A stretch of DNA of 64,000 nucleotides from Rhizodiscina lignyota (GCA_010015805.1 ML978129.1:1488001-1552000), one strand, 5' to 3'. Positions 36,242-50,294 are shown, numbered from the stretch's first letter. Notes: a model not told the origin generated them from the sequence alone. Translations and numbers: made by a program.

Positions 36242-37820
36242 ATGTCTCTACCCGGCAGCATGCCAGCTGGCATGACTGCTATGGATATGGCGAATTATAC
36301 ACCAGATCGTATGGGAGTTGAAGGAGAAGGCTTTTCTGGATCGGGAAGCTTGTCACCTCTACCCGGAGTTCTTCGACATGGCCTTCCTGCGGTGTCCTTC
36401 TTCGGCTTCCTGTCGTTCTTTCTCTCATTATCGCTTTTAATATACTTGCTTTGGAAGCTCCGACTATGGCGTCAACAAGCTGATACGCCCCATCCATTCA
36501 ATCAATTCATCATACTCATATTAAACTTACTCTTCGCCGACATTCAGCAGTCGTTGGCCTTTCTGCTCAACGTCCAGTGGGTCGCGCACGACATGATAGA
36601 CGTCTCCAGCCCGACATGCTTTGCTCAAGGCTGGTTTGTGAGCACAGGTGAGAAGAGGTGCACCTTAACTCTTTTGTTCCCACTCACTCTATCTAGGCGA
36701 CCTCGCCAGCGGGGTCTGGTGTCTTGCAATCGGATTGCACACCTTCGCATCAGTACTCTTTAATAGAAGACTTTCACGATTCGGATTCTACGCCACTATA
36801 GTGTCACTTTGGTCCTTCATCTATGGTTGCGCGATACTCTCTGTGGCATTATACCCAAAGGACATTTATGTTCGGGCTGGGGCATGGGTAAGTCACCTAT
36901 TTCAAATATGTTCGAGTACCGCTGATCTTGTATCCAAGTGCTGGGTTAATGACCAATACTCCGACATTCGTCTCTACCTTCACTATCTTTGGATCTTCAT
37001 TGCAGAGCTGGGAGTGATCATCATCTATCTCGCCATCTTTCTCGTCCTTCGCGTTCGTATCCGGGCCGGCTTCTACTCGGAGACCTTTGCTAAGAGGGCA
37101 AAATCCGTTGCAATGCTCATGGCCGTCTATCCTGCCGTATACGTAGTTTGCACACTGCCACTCGCATCCGCACGAACGGCTGCAATGGCAGGCCGCGATG
37201 TATCTCTTGCACATTTAGTTGTTGCTGGCGCCATGATCACCAGCAATGGTTGGCTTGATGTCCTACTATACGCCATGACGCGCAAAATCCTCATTTTCAG
37301 CGATGATCCGCCAACTGAAGACTGCGGCATTGCTACGTTCCAGCTCCCTTGGGAATCTACAACCCGCTTCGGAACGTTCACTTTCATCACAGCGGACTGT
37401 GAAAAGAGCTCCAAGTGCGGGAGCATCTTCCGATCATTATCACTTACACGCAAGAGCAGCAAGTCCAGCAGTCAGGAGTCGCTTGCGCCAAGCGGAATTG
37501 TCATGCATGTCAGTTCTGACGAGACGACTCAGACTAACGACGACCCTGCAGGCAAAGAACCGAGTTTGGGCTTTGCCAATTATAGCCGCAGAGAGCTTAA
37601 AGAGAAGAAGATGGGATTGTTCTCTCCGCATACGCAATCTCTAAGCCGTGGGAAATCCGTAAGAGCCCAGACTACGGTCGACGTTACGAATACTCCGATG
37701 GATGTGGAAGACCTAAAAGAGATGCGGGAAACAGAGAGGAGAGAGGAAGACGCAATGCATATGCCATTGGACGAGGACGACATGAATCTGGACTTCCAAA
37801 CAAGACCGGAAGGATTGTAA
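36242..37820 (+). CDS. Git3/cAMP-receptor-like G protein-coupled receptor
   Basis: About 7 hydrophobic helices; NLLFADIQQS, CFAQGWFVSTGDLASG, AGAWCW, YPAVYVVCTLPLA and NGWLDVLLY; 2 introns. Confidence 0.85.
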
Positions 37821-38594
37821 GATTAGGGATTCTCTGCGATCCCATTGAGGGAATCATAGTCGGTCTTTAATAAAAAGCACTGGTGCTTCAACAATGTAAC
37901 CTTCGGGATAAAAGTTTAATGAAAGCAGACTTTCCTTCTTGGACTTGTGCAATCAACCAATCGTATTTTGTTTCGCTTCTTCATTTACATCGTATTTAGG
38001 CAATGCCGTTCCATCCCTCACCTCATGCGCCCTCCGACTCGGCCATCAACCCCTTCAAACCCTCCAACTCCTTCAATCGCACCGCAAAATGGCTCCCTAT
38101 GGCTTCCTGCCCTTCGCTCTCCTCCGCAGCTTTCATAACCGTCTTGGTTTCCTCCTCTTCCTCCTCAATAGCATGAACTCCTCCTCTCACCAAACCAGCA
38201 AATTGATCAAGCGCTTCTGCCTCGTTGCGGGGATGTGGCGCTGCTTAGTGCAGATTCTTACCAATTTTGCTCGTCGACGCCTGGTTTCGCATCATGCATA
38301 ATGCCAGCTTTGGCGAGCCAGTCCATCGTCTTCTGGAGAGGCGAACATCTAGTAAGGCGCAGTATTCGTATTGCCGCCTATCTACGTATTTATCTTACAC
38401 AGTGTTTGTTAAGAAGCAAGATGCAAGGCAGCCGTCTGCATAACCCTCAAGGGGACAGCAATAAAGCAATCGGGCGAATATTTCTAGCCCGAGTTCGTAC
38501 CATCTGTAGGCTGTCATTAGCCCACACAGTAAAAGAAAAGGAGCAGCCACATCCAGGCGCTCAAGACGTATCATTCCTCATTCCGGCGCATATA

Positions 38595-41012
38595 TTAATG
38601 CAAACAAGCAGCCGATCCACCTTCAAATGCAAACCTCCTCAAATTCATTCTGTTACGCTGCTCGTCAGGCGACACTAACCCGGCCTGATCACCCTCTTCA
38701 TCACTTTGACCACTAGACTCGTCTTCACTATTTGGCACAAGCATAAGATCTTCACTACCTTTCGCGCGCTTCGTGATTTGGATGTCTCGACTTACAAAAG
38801 ACATGTTCGTTGCAGGACTTCCTGCAACAACGACGGTCTCTGCAACGCGCTGCCATGCTGAGTCCTCAATTTCAGGCTCCTCGGTAGCCTCATTCTTTTC
38901 TTCTGTTGTACCAGGGCTGCCCTGGCACTTATCATTCTCAGTGTATTGCTCATCGGCGTGCACTGTGAGCTTCCTTGACGAAAGTCGTCCGCCAACAGAC
39001 TTTTTCGACTTGTATGAGAACTTCTCTCGTAAGCCTTGGATCTCCTTGGCCAGATAAGCGTCGAAGGTAACTGCCTCGTGGGAATCATCTTTCGTCTTTG
39101 GGGATTGCGCTTCTTGACTGCCTCCAACTGATGTTGCTGGCGTTGAAGATCGTCCAACTCCTTGCGAGTCTCCAGAATCACCAGATCCACGGCTAGTATT
39201 CGAGTCTTGACTGTCATCTTTGTTGTTCCGTCCCAGGACCCGAGCGCCGTCCTCAAAAACAGTCATGTGCTTCTTCACCCTACGAGGCGATGGTTCAGCC
39301 GTGTTGATCGTAGAAGAGTCGGCAAGCTCTGCCATCGCGTCTTCAATTGAATCATCGGACCACAAATTGACTTCGGCTCTTGCGGTTCTCTTTCCACCCT
39401 TAGGTGATCGCTTTACGGGAGTCGACGCCGAGCGCCTAGGAGATTTGAAGAACTTGCTTCGCTCCTCAGTCTCACCAACGCCAGCTGGAGTCGGCGTGTC
39501 TCCCAATGGAACTTCGGAACAAAGACGCATCCGTTTCGCTGGTTGCGATGTCGCTCCGTGTCTCACAGCAGAATCTGAGAACACTCGTCTCGATGGTTGC
39601 GAAAAGGTGGCCGGAAGTGAATTTCGATACACTCTTGGCTGTAGTGGAGGTCGAGGGTTTGGAGCTGGGCTCGCAGACCAGGCACCGTTATTTTGCTGTT
39701 GCTCGAGCAGCTGCTGTTGACTTGGAGAAGGCGTGAAGCTGTTTGGATCTAGCTCGGCAAGCGGAATGCGGCGAGCTTTGAAGAACGAGTCAATGGTAGT
39801 CGACTTCTTGCCATCAGGGGTCTGGATATTGTTCTCCTGGCCAATAAAACCCGACAATGACGTCCTGGAGCCTGAGCGTGGAGTGATGAATCTAGCGAGA
39901 GGAATAATCGGTTCCTTCGTATGAGGGTGTAGATTTCCCTTTGAGACTCCAACTGCAATGCTTGCATCGACACACTGGCCGATAAACGGCAAGTCTTCCA
40001 GAGCAATGGTGTCTGGGACCACAGTGCAGTTCACCAGTTTCTGCTCCAGAGGGCAAAATACCCATTGATACAAGAATGTTCGATCGGCGTTCTCGAAATT
40101 CTCCAAGTAGTCCTTTGGTATCGAAAATTTTCCGTCAAATTGAAGAGCCCGCATGATTCTTTCCACAGTCTTATGTCTCCTCACTAGTCCATGGGCGGTC
40201 TTCAGACCCAAGCTCTTGATGTTTGGCAGATAATCGCACCCGCTCAAGATTGCCATTCGTCGAAATTCGACGTCACTCCAGCCAACCAGGCTGCCTTCCT
40301 TGCAAGCAGTGAAGTCGTCGCGCCTAATCATCACGCATTCGCCATATTGATCGAGTTTCGTCAGCAGGACCCGCGCGCCGAAAACAAGTAGATCAGAGTC
40401 CTCGGAGATGATGCCATCAATGATGCCTTTGCGCTCCAGATATGCCAGTTGACTATCCGCCTCGTATGGTGCGACCACATATTGGATGCCTGCCTTCTTC
40501 AACTCCTCAATAAGCATACGCGCCATTTCTGGAGTCACATCCACCGCCTTCTGCAACTCTTGCTGTGCTTGTGACGCTTTTCCTATGTTCAAGAGATCGA
40601 GGCCAGCCTTGCGAGCTTCTTTTCGGCGGGCGGCGCGCTCGTGTTCGGTGCCAGCTTTGCTGGGGAGGTAGTCCCCATCGAAGACCAGATATGGCTTGAT
40701 CCCGAAATGCACTAGCATGCGGACTCGGGACATGGCGAATTCAACATATCTACGATTATGTTAGCCTCGCGTACCATCTATTGCGAGTGCAAATTGGGCT
40801 GTACTTAGTCGTTGGCCTGCCCAAGGCAAGGTCGACAGCGCACGATACAGTGCCTCGGTGAAGCCATCCGTAGGCATCGACGCCTAACGTCTGGCCTGCG
40901 AACTTCTTCAGATGGCACGGTTTGTGGATCGATTTGAGAAACTGCAAGAGGCCTGCTATGCATCAAAATTCGCTGAATATCAAGTGTACCCGCGCTCACC
41001 TTGAACGCCCAT
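38595..41012 (-). CDS. EXO1: Exonuclease 1 (XPG/Rad2 family)
   Basis: MGVQG|LLQFLKSI..GVDAYGWLHRG, LVFDG, VAPYEADSQLAYL, SEDSDLLVFG and LSGCDY; 2 introns near the 5' end. Confidence 0.95.
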
Positions 41013-41177
41013 CTTGCAGTCGAAGATGACGGTTGGACTCTAAAATTCCGACGAATATCACTTGCTTGATCGCATTGCCTGATAGGACGGATAGGCCTTG
41101 AAAATACGCGGTGCAAGATGTAGGATGAAGTGAAGGTCTGAAAGATGAGTGAAAGTTGAGTGAAAGTTGAGTGCAAG

Positions 41178-41213
41178 ACGCGTGCGAACTTCAAGCGAAG
41201 AGCGAGTGACGCG
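41178..41213. promoter_or_regulatory. MCB-like elements upstream of EXO1
   Basis: ACGCGT at 41178-41183 and ACGCG at 41209-41213, consistent with G1/S regulation of DNA repair genes. Confidence 0.45.
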
Positions 41214-41573
41214 CTGCCAACATCCTTGCATCGAGGACGACAGGGATACTCTCCAGCGATACCTCCCCCCAAACCCTGTCTAGTCTAGTCTAGGTACATA
41301 GTACCCCCGTACCTATGTATGTACAAAAGATTAGTAGTCTGCGCTGCGGCACCGACCTTCGACAAGCCTCGGCCTTCCGAGGTAACCAATGGCACGATTG
41401 GCTTTTGTCAGTCCCATGAGTATAGAGATGGAGCATTGCTCATTTATTCTTCTCTTTAAGTCTCTCATCCTTTCTTCCATTAGGTCCTACAATTCCTAGG
41501 TGCCTTTGAGCCGAAGCAGCTGATACTGTATCAATTCTCTTTGCGATTTCCACTGCTGTCTCTTTGGTTCAAC

Positions 41574-43112
41574 ATGCCACACGAGACACTTACGCGCGAA
41601 TCTGTGGCGTCCCACAACTCTGCTGACGACCTCTGGATCATAATAGATCACAAAGTATACGACCTCTCCGACTTCGTCGATGCGCATCCTGGCGGCTCCG
41701 TTGTCCTCGAGCAAGTTGCAGGCACAGACGCAACTACCGCATTCTACAACCTCCACAGACATGAAGTCTTGCAAAAGTTCAGTGACTTCTGCATTGGCGT
41801 GCTAGAAGGGGAGAAACCAGAAGTGGTGGATCCGCAGCCAGGAGACCTGAGTGTGGTGCCATATGCCGAACCGCTATGGCTGAGACCGCAGTTCAAGAAC
41901 CCATATTTCAAGGATAGCCACAGGAGGTTGCAGAAGGCGATGAGAGAGTTTGTGGACAAATACGTCAAACCAGAAGCACGAGAGAAGGAGCAGGATGGCA
42001 CATACGTCTCGCAGGAGCTCATCGACCGTATGGCGGAGACAAATATACTCGCAATGCGCATGGGACCTGGCAAACATCTTCACGGACGGCAATTGCTCGG
42101 AGGCGTGGTGCAGGGCGAGGAGTTCGATTACTTCCACGACCTGGTTGTATCGCAAGAGATGTGCCGTACAGGCGCGAGAGGCTTCAATGATGGCAATATG
42201 TCAGGCATGGTCATCAGTCTTTCTGCGGTTCATCAATGGCTCAATGACAAGGCTTTGATGAAGCAAGTCTCCGACGACGTCCTCTCTGGAAAGAAGAAGA
42301 TAAGTCTAGCCATTACGGAAGCTTTCGCGGGAAGTGATGTAGCTGGCATAAGGACGACAGCCGAGAAGACTCCAGATGGCAAGCACTACATAATCAATGG
42401 CACGAAGAAATGGATTACGAACGGCATGTTCTCTGATTATTTCGTCACGGGGTGTCGCACGAAGAAAGGATTTTCTGTCATCCTCGTCCCTCGAAGCGAC
42501 GCTGTCGAAACGAAACCCATAAAGACGTCTTACTCTTCTGCTGCAGCCACCACATTTATTGAATTTAACAACGCGAAGGTGCCCGTTTCGCATCTCCTTG
42601 GCGAAGAGGATAAAGGTTTCACTGTCATCATGAGCAACTTCAACCATGAAAGGTGGATGATGTGCTGTGCAACAATTCGAACCATGCGCACAGTGACCGA
42701 AGAATGTTTCAAATGGGCGAATCAGCGCCTTGTCTTCGGCAAGAGGTTAATAGAAGAGCCTGTCATCCGGCAAAAGATAGCCAAGATGATCTCGCACTGC
42801 GAGGCTGATCAGGCTTGGTTGGAAAGCATCACTTATCAGATGAACAACTTGAGTTATGCACAGCAGTCTAAGGCCCTTGGTGGGCCAATTGGCTTGCTCA
42901 AGTCATTCGTAACTCGAAGCGCACATGAGATTGCCGACGAGGCTGTCAACATATTTGGCGGGCGAGGTCTGACACAGACCGGTATGGGTTCCATCGCCGA
43001 GCAGTTCCATCGGACATACAAGTTTGATGCGATATTGGGTGGAGCAGAGGAGGTTCTGGCCGATCTCGGTGTTAGACAAGCGCTCAAAGGTTTCCCAAAA
43101 GCTATGCTTTGA
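41574..43112 (+). CDS. Acyl-CoA dehydrogenase with an N-terminal cytochrome b5 domain
   Basis: HN..DLWIIIDHKVYD..HPGG (b5 domain); LAITEAFAGSDVAG, NGTKKWITNG, NFNHER and ILGGAEE. Confidence 0.93.
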   Translation: MPHETLTRESVASHNSADDLWIIIDHKVYDLSDFVDAHPGGSVVLEQVAGTDATTAFYNLHRHEVLQKFSDFCIGVLEGEKPEVVDPQPGDLSVVPYAEPLWLRPQFKNPYFKDSHRRLQKAMREFVDKYVKPEAREKEQDGTYVSQELIDRMAETNILAMRMGPGKHLHGRQLLGGVVQGEEFDYFHDLVVSQEMCRTGARGFNDGNMSGMVISLSAVHQWLNDKALMKQVSDDVLSGKKKISLAITEAFAGSDVAGIRTTAEKTPDGKHYIINGTKKWITNGMFSDYFVTGCRTKKGFSVILVPRSDAVETKPIKTSYSSAAATTFIEFNNAKVPVSHLLGEEDKGFTVIMSNFNHERWMMCCATIRTMRTVTEECFKWANQRLVFGKRLIEEPVIRQKIAKMISHCEADQAWLESITYQMNNLSYAQQSKALGGPIGLLKSFVTRSAHEIADEAVNIFGGRGLTQTGMGSIAEQFHRTYKFDAILGGAEEVLADLGVRQALKGFPKAML

Positions 43113-43368
43113 TTGCAACTGGGCTTATTTGGCTTTGAATTGTGTAAGATTCTAGAAGAAATGAACACAATTGTGTCCGACTGGTGAATATCTGCCCTCT
43201 CGTTCAGCACATTTGTGCAATTTGCGCATTCTTCAGCCATCCCGTTTCCATGCTGTACATCTCGCCGCGCCAGAAGACGAAAATAGAGAAAACTGTACAA
43301 ATCGAGGTTGTCATACCTCCCATGTCCACTACAGTTAACCTCCACTCTTGTCAGAACAGTCTGAGTGT

Positions 43369-44310
43369 TTAAGGTACACCTCGTCCAGAACGTGTCGCTT
43401 TCGCCAACTCGCTCTGAGCTGTGTTATCCGCATATCTCTGGTACAGCGGGAGAAAGTGCTCTCTTTCGCTTGTTGTCGCCTTGACACTATCGCGTCCTTC
43501 AATGGCCTTGACCCATTTTCTGTACCTGTTCCATACCTTCTCGTGCTCACCACCTTGACCTTCGGCCGGGATACCAAGCCCGCCTTTCATCAGGTCAAAT
43601 ACCCACAGCCGCACCTGAGGCATGTCGTTAGCGTTGGAAGATATTATATGAGTCCGTATCATGCTTACCGCCCAAGGTCCCATTTGGAAATCCACCAACC
43701 TGGGTTCTTTGCCCGAGAAATACGGTCCTTCTTCATCCATCTCCGCTGTCCATTCGCGCAGATGGCCGAGGAACTCCTGCCGCTTCTCATCCAAACCCTT
43801 CGTGTCACTGCTCGGCTGGAATTGGAGAAAGCGATGGAAGCTTGGAATGATCCGTGTGGTCACATAATCGGTCCAGATCCTTAGCCTTGCCCTTTCATGT
43901 GGGTCGTCAGGACGAAGGTTTGGTTTGTGATCCGGATATTCGTCTTCGAGAAATTCCATCACCACAGTCGACTCATAGAGCGGCTTGTTGTCGTGCTCGA
44001 GCGTTGGAACCAATCCTCGAGGGTTAAGCCGAAGAAGTGAATCAGGTTTGTGATAAGGGTTGACCTCAATGTACTGATAAGGGATATGTTTCTCCTCGAG
44101 AACCAGCCAGACTCGTTGTACGAATGGACAGAACCATCCTGAGTACAGCTTCAACGGAGCATCTCCCTGGTGTGCCTATCTAGTTCGTTAATCGAAAATG
44201 ATCGGAATACACAAAATACATTCCGTTCGTACATCGACTGTCTTCTTAGCCTCGGCTGAAGCGTGAGGATAGAACTCGGCATCAGGAATGCTCTGTTTTG
44301 GAGCGGACAT
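43369..44310 (-). CDS. Glutathione S-transferase (Cys-type, omega-like)
   Basis: Exon 1 MSAPKQSIPDA..KTVD, then LKLYSGWFCPFVQR, LNPRGLVPTL and LYESTV; 2 introns. Confidence 0.9.
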
Positions 44311-45655
44311 TGTGAATCAAGAGAGGATTGAAAATTAGTAAATACTTTCAATCACAGCAACATGTAAGTGAAGAAAGGGTAGAAAGGGCGCAATTTATAA
44401 GCAGACATGAAATTGGAAGGAACTGTTACGGAAATCGGCATTATGACGCCATTCGAAGAGTTCCACCATCATGACAAGTCAAATGTGGGCTCTTATTATG
44501 AACTCGCGGGTTTGAAGGTGTTTAAGGTTCTCACTGTTCGGTCTGAAATGCTTAGATTGAGAGAGCAACATAGACCTCTCCCCTGAGGTCTTTAATGACG
44601 AGGGAATTGAGCTGTTACTTAAAATAGTTAGCTCCATAATATTAACAGCGTAAAGTATATAGACTTAGTAGTATCCCGTCTCTACCTAACACGAACTCCG
44701 ACATAATCTCAAATACTTTGCGTAATTTTCACAACTTCACTTCTGACATCGTCTCTTGTTTCTAGTTTATATCAGTGAGAGGGTGCTAATTCAAGCATCT
44801 CAGACTGTTACTCTCTCAAATAGCCAGTGTCACTGTTCGAACTCGAACACGAGGCTGATCTTCGCCAGTCCAAAGAACGATTGAACAAATCACACGATAA
44901 GACTACTTTATTGCTTCGGGTACCATTTCGAGGATGCCGTGATTGCAATTATCCAGGGAGACTTTCTTAACGCTTCTTTCATATCTGACTGACTCGAACA
45001 TCCCCCGCTCTCCAGAGAGCCTGAAAGGAGATGTCCTCACTGTCCCGTCCGGAAGATAATCTGCCACCCATTGGAAAACTTTCAAACCACCGAGTCATGA
45101 AAACATACGAGGCGAGAGGTCCGATCAAATGCCGTATACGATTTCGTTTAAGCACTATTTTCTGCCCTACTCACTCCCCTAGGTCCTGGATATCCCACAC
45201 ATTCATTTTGCCTGAATGCAACGGTAGAGGCCGGCCATGGAGATCATCAGATCCTATATATCAGCATAACAACGCTGGACAGTCTTTGAACTGTTCAAAA
45301 AGTGCCGATCTATCCTAACCCAGCGCGTTCCTGCAGATGTTCCATTGTTTCCCCTCTTCTTGCACCGCACTGGCTGGCCGAGGAACGAATAGAATATTAC
45401 GGCTAAAGTCTTCTTGCGATGCGTCGGACATTGTCAGGAACAACATGCATCGTACGAGCAACGCTGCGCTCAACAGCCTCATCACATGGACTACATTGAG
45501 TTGTGGAGATCCCCGCAGCATGTCTTGGGTGCTGCCCTTCGCATTACTGCTTGCTACCTATAAATTTCGGCCGTGTTTCCTGTGTCCGCTGATGATCAAG
45601 GTATTACTCTATTTCTTGTTTAGTCATTGACTGCATTTACACGCTACTATCCAAA

Positions 45656-46879
45656 ATGTTTCATTTGATTTTGGTTTCGTTCGCGCTGTATGCATGCTTT
45701 CCGTATGCCACGGCAGCACCAGGATGGCCAGGCAGCGCATACGGCGGAGGACTGGTCAAAAACGTAACCGTCTTCGTACCTCCAACGGAATGGCCACTAC
45801 GTAAAACTCCATACGCTCGCACAGTTCTTCTGAATCAGGATTGTGAGAAGGACGAAGTTCTGCTCACAACGTGGGCACAGCAGCCTCCTGGTAATCCATA
45901 CTGGTACATTTACGAGTCAAAAGATCATGGACGATCTTGGTCGGAGATCTCTAAGGCATATTTCCATGCTACTAGCAAAAGCGGTGGGGGCCGCATTGAG
46001 CAGCCATATTTCTTTGAGCTAGCAAAGCCAGTTGGGAAGTTTCCGGCAGGAACAATTCTCCTTACAGGAAACGCCATCCCGGCCGACCTACAGTCGACCA
46101 ACATTGAGGTACTAGCAAGCTACGACAAAGGGCATTCGTGGGAATACGTCTCAACTGTCGCTGTCGGCGGAGCTCCGAACGCGACCAATGGCGCAACGCC
46201 AGTGTGGGAGCCGTTTATAATGATGTACGACAATCAGATCGGCGTATTCTATTCCGATCAGCGGGATCCAGCTCACGGGCAGAAGCTCGCGCATCAGACC
46301 TCGACAGATCTGGTGCACTGGGGTCCGGTTGTGGATGACGTCGCATACGCCAATTACACGCTTCGGCCAGGAATGACCACCATTGCGAAGATGGGCAACG
46401 GCAAATACATATTCTCATACGAACTTGGCTTTGCGCCCGAGGATCCCATCAATGCGCCGTATGCCGTACATTATCGCATTGCCGACAGTCCGTTTGAGTT
46501 TCAGCAGGCGACCCCGTATCTGTTGAAGTCCAACGATGGAAAGATTCCAAGCTCATCACCGTATACTGTTTGGACTCCCGTTGGTGGACCCAAAGGTACA
46601 ATTGTTATGAGCGATGGCAGCTTTGCTGAGCTATTTATCAACAAGGAATACGGCGACCTAGACTCTTGGGTCACTGTTAAGAGCGGACATGGAATTGGAT
46701 ATTCGAAAGCATTAACAGTCTTGCCAGATCAGGGTGAGAGTATTATTTGGCTGACAAATGGCGGCATGTATGGATTCAACGATACCATTGTGACGGGTGG
46801 TGACTTTAAGGTTCCGGGAGCACCTTCGCGTGAGGATACCATCTCAGCGTGCCGTGGACGTGGTTTCACCGTGAATTAG
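45656..46879 (+). CDS. Secreted glycoside hydrolase family 93 (exo-arabinanase-like, BNR repeats)
   Basis: Signal peptide; Asp-box motifs SKDHGRSW and SYDKGHSW; VWEPF..YSDQRDP.HGQKL.HQTS.DL..W and RPGM. Confidence 0.87.
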   Translation: MFHLILVSFALYACFPYATAAPGWPGSAYGGGLVKNVTVFVPPTEWPLRKTPYARTVLLNQDCEKDEVLLTTWAQQPPGNPYWYIYESKDHGRSWSEISKAYFHATSKSGGGRIEQPYFFELAKPVGKFPAGTILLTGNAIPADLQSTNIEVLASYDKGHSWEYVSTVAVGGAPNATNGATPVWEPFIMMYDNQIGVFYSDQRDPAHGQKLAHQTSTDLVHWGPVVDDVAYANYTLRPGMTTIAKMGNGKYIFSYELGFAPEDPINAPYAVHYRIADSPFEFQQATPYLLKSNDGKIPSSSPYTVWTPVGGPKGTIVMSDGSFAELFINKEYGDLDSWVTVKSGHGIGYSKALTVLPDQGESIIWLTNGGMYGFNDTIVTGGDFKVPGAPSREDTISACRGRGFTVN

Positions 46880-46995
46880 AGAGACTAAGGATGGGACGCA
46901 GAGATCAAAGTGATGCAAATAAAGTCGTAAACTTGCATTAAACCTGCTTTCTTTACATGACATGGTGCGTGAGGCGGCGGCAAAACCTTGTCAGC

Positions 46996-49380
46996 TCATC
47001 TCTTCCGTCTTCTCGCAAGCCCATTCAAAGCATGGTTTTTCCCTCCAAGGCCGCCATTTGTCATGCTCATAGGCACTCTCCACGTGTCATTCTGATGTAT
47101 CTCCTCCTTCGACGCCATCTTGTCTGCTTCGTTTAATAGCCTCCAGAGCGCTGCAATAGGAAATCGCCTCGCCGGGAGCATGCTATATTGCAGACTGTAC
47201 AGGTTCTTGCGATGGATCGGGGGGACAAAGCGGCCGCTAACAAGACAGAGGAGGACGCCGGGAGACACATAATGCTTCTTGATCCGGGTGCCGAGCTGGA
47301 AGTATTCATTAAACATTAGACCGAGCGGTAGGGGGATAGACTGTTCAGAGACAGACGTTAGTTCACGTGAGGCAAATTATGGGGAGGATGGTATACCTTT
47401 AGATATATGTACGATGTCGGTGCATTTGTCGGCACATTAGGCTTTACAGCCGCCGACATCTCACGGGTATCTCGAAGTTGAAACCGAATGCCACCTTCTC
47501 GAAGTTAGTAAGGATCTCCAAACTCCGAAGTATAACAAGCGCATACCTGGTAAACGCCTGGAATCCTTGAATCGTAACATGAGCGCAAAGAGCGGGAAAT
47601 GATTTAGCAAAGCCAACAGCGTATCCAGTCCAGCTTTGACGCAAATGACACCCATTCGGGCGCCAGCAAATGTCGCATAGAATACAAATACAGTTGGGAG
47701 GAGGAAGAAAAGTAATGTAAACAGAATCGTGCCCAGGAGGAGTTGGTCCAGATCGTAATCGCAGCTATCGATACGATTCCGGAGCACGTTTCTTTTTTTG
47801 CCGCGAAAGAGATGGAAGAGGGATATGATGATGGTAAGCTGCCAGTTGTAAATGCGAGCGGATGCGATGTAGAAGGAGTATATGTGTAGAGTCAGGAGCG
47901 ACAAAAGGTCCGATAACAGCGACATTGGCATGGTAGCTCCTGCAAATGCCGAGAAGCCTATGAAGCGGATAACCCCCGGTAAGTAGGGACGAAAGGTTGA
48001 CATGGTGCCTGGGGCAGTTAGGTATCAAAATGGAAGACAGACTCGGTTTAGACTTACTAGACCAATACTCAATGACCCACAGAAACAAGTCGCCAAGAAA
48101 GGTCGCCAGTTCCGTGTTGAGCTTCAGACCAGCTGGCCAATCCATGAGCCAGGCAATCATCCGCTGCAACCCTTCGATGGTCCAGGATGTGAGTGCGTTG
48201 TCGATTTGATTTGCAACAAAATCTGCGTTCTCAATGATGTAGGACCCTAACGCGATCCCGATGATCACATCGTTTGCAACAAGCCAGAGGCTGTTGTAGA
48301 AACGAATGTATTCAGGATGACTCGTCGTTACACTCTGCCACGTGCTCTTCCGCTTGCTCAATGTAAGGTACTGGATCGGCCAATAGCAGAACTGTTGCAG
48401 ACGAATGTCGACCTGTTGCGCAGTTGCAGAAACGTCTTTCAACGCTGCCCACTCAGGAAAAGGGCGCCATTCTAGGACTCGCAAGAGGAGCTCCCCAGCA
48501 ATTCGATGCGCGATGAGACCGAGTTTGAAGACCTGAGTCATAACTGGAAAGACGTATTCTGTTAAGATGTACCAAACAGCCACAATAATCAGGTCCCAAA
48601 GGTTAGTTGCAGATTCAACTACCCTTTCGCTAACGCTCAAAGCACGCTTTATGCGGGCTCCGACCAGACCGATGTTCTTTTGGAGCAACGTCGCAATTTC
48701 AAACGAGCAGTTCATCTGCTCGATGATGATGGGCAGTGCAAGCTCCTTCTGTGTCCGCGTATGCTTCACGACGGAGTGCCACCTTAGTTTGTCCACCAAA
48801 GCAAGCTTTCGCTGCCTTTCCCTCTCTTCCTCCTCTTCGATGCTGTCGAATGGAGGGACAGCTTTGGTTGCAGATCCCGACTTATCGCCCAGCGCGAGAG
48901 CGATTGGTTTTAGAGAAAGATATTGCATCCTTGTTGGGTCTGGTCTGTCGTATAGTATGACCTGGACCATCGGGCTGGTGTCGCTCGGACAGTACAATTG
49001 TGGAAATCGAAGGCTTGGTGAGGTCTTTACTGTGAGATCATAGGGATCAAAGGCGACCGGGTGCGTAGTGGGGTTTACAGTCCCCAATACTCGGAGTGGA
49101 GACGCACCACATTGATCTAGGAGGCTGGATATAGGATACCGGCTATTGCGAAAGAGTGTGCCAATGCGCAACGCATTCTCAACATTGGGTGCCTATGAGT
49201 TTCCAATCAGATGTTGCCACGGATAGACATTACGCGTTGCCTCACCTCCACCTCCTGGAGTATCGTCACGACTAGAGCGTCGTAGTCTGAATTGCGCCAT
49301 CCCACTAGCACGCCTGGAGTACTCTCGGTCGGAGCGTCTGAAGGCCAGAACAACCGCATTAAGCCATTGCTCATGACCAT
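46996..49380 (-). CDS. GPI1: GPI-GlcNAc transferase component Gpi1/PIG-Q
   Basis: MRLFWPSD..GVLVGWRNS; LMDWPAGLKLNTELA.FLG; SLFHLFRGKKRNVLRNRIDSCDYDLDQLLLGTILFT; several introns. Confidence 0.95.
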
Positions 49381-50294
49381 ATCACCATAGCGATTAATGC
49401 TAGAATGAACCGCGACGTCTTAGCTGTTCTCGAGCAGATATGCCGCCTGCACCAGTCCGTGGATGCTACGCGCCCAGGTAAGTGTGTGCCAGCAGAATGT
49501 GGGCGGAGCGGACGAACGAGGCTTCTTTCCCAAGCCGCGATTCGCTCAGCAGGGATAATGAGGATGAAAAAGAAGACGGACAGGATGGCAAATCCTTTAG
49601 CAGTTCGAGTCTATTGCAGGTACTGGGTCAGTTGAACATGTTCAGCCCGTGGGGAGCTGGCGCTGGAGAGAGGGCCTGAAACGTACGACGACACCGTGAT
49701 CCCAGGCAAAGATGGCGAGTTCATAGAGCTGATTGACGAGGTCCCAGCGCGCTGTGATATATCCAGCTACGAAGATGCCAATCGCGAGAGTGGAGAAAGG
49801 GTGCATGTATTTGTGAGGGCGTAACCGGGACGGCGAAGTAGTCTGGTGGATGTCGAGGTGGTTATTGAAACGAATCGGCGCGACAAAGGAGGCTAGAGAG
49901 GTTCATCCTGTCTTGTCGACGACGCAAGCGAAAAGCTGTCGCCAGCAGTCAATGTGCAATTGCGGCTCTCCGTACGTAGTGGCTTCCGCGTGCAAGGCTG
50001 GAGCCCAGGCCTTAGCGCGGTGCACGGGTAATCTCTGCAGCATCCCTGTCGCATCCCTGCCGACCTTGAACCGCGTCTTCAATGGAAGCTTGGAGCTCGA
50101 ATTCCTTCTTCTCTTCTTCAACCTCGCAACACAAAGAACACCCAAACTCAGTACTCCGTACAAAATTCGCTCTGCTGTGATCCGAGGCACCTTTGCGCAT
50201 TGTAAACCCTTTTCATCCTTCAACGACGTTCAGTCTACACCTCTTTCATCACTTCACTCTCAATCTTCACCTGCGTCACGCTCCAACACCACGA

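Noticed and set aside
38023..38500. Coding-like minus-strand frame (38244-38023) and intron-like signals downstream of EXO1
   Set aside because: I could not build a consistent gene model with a start codon. It may be EXO1 3' UTR or an alternative end, or a relic.
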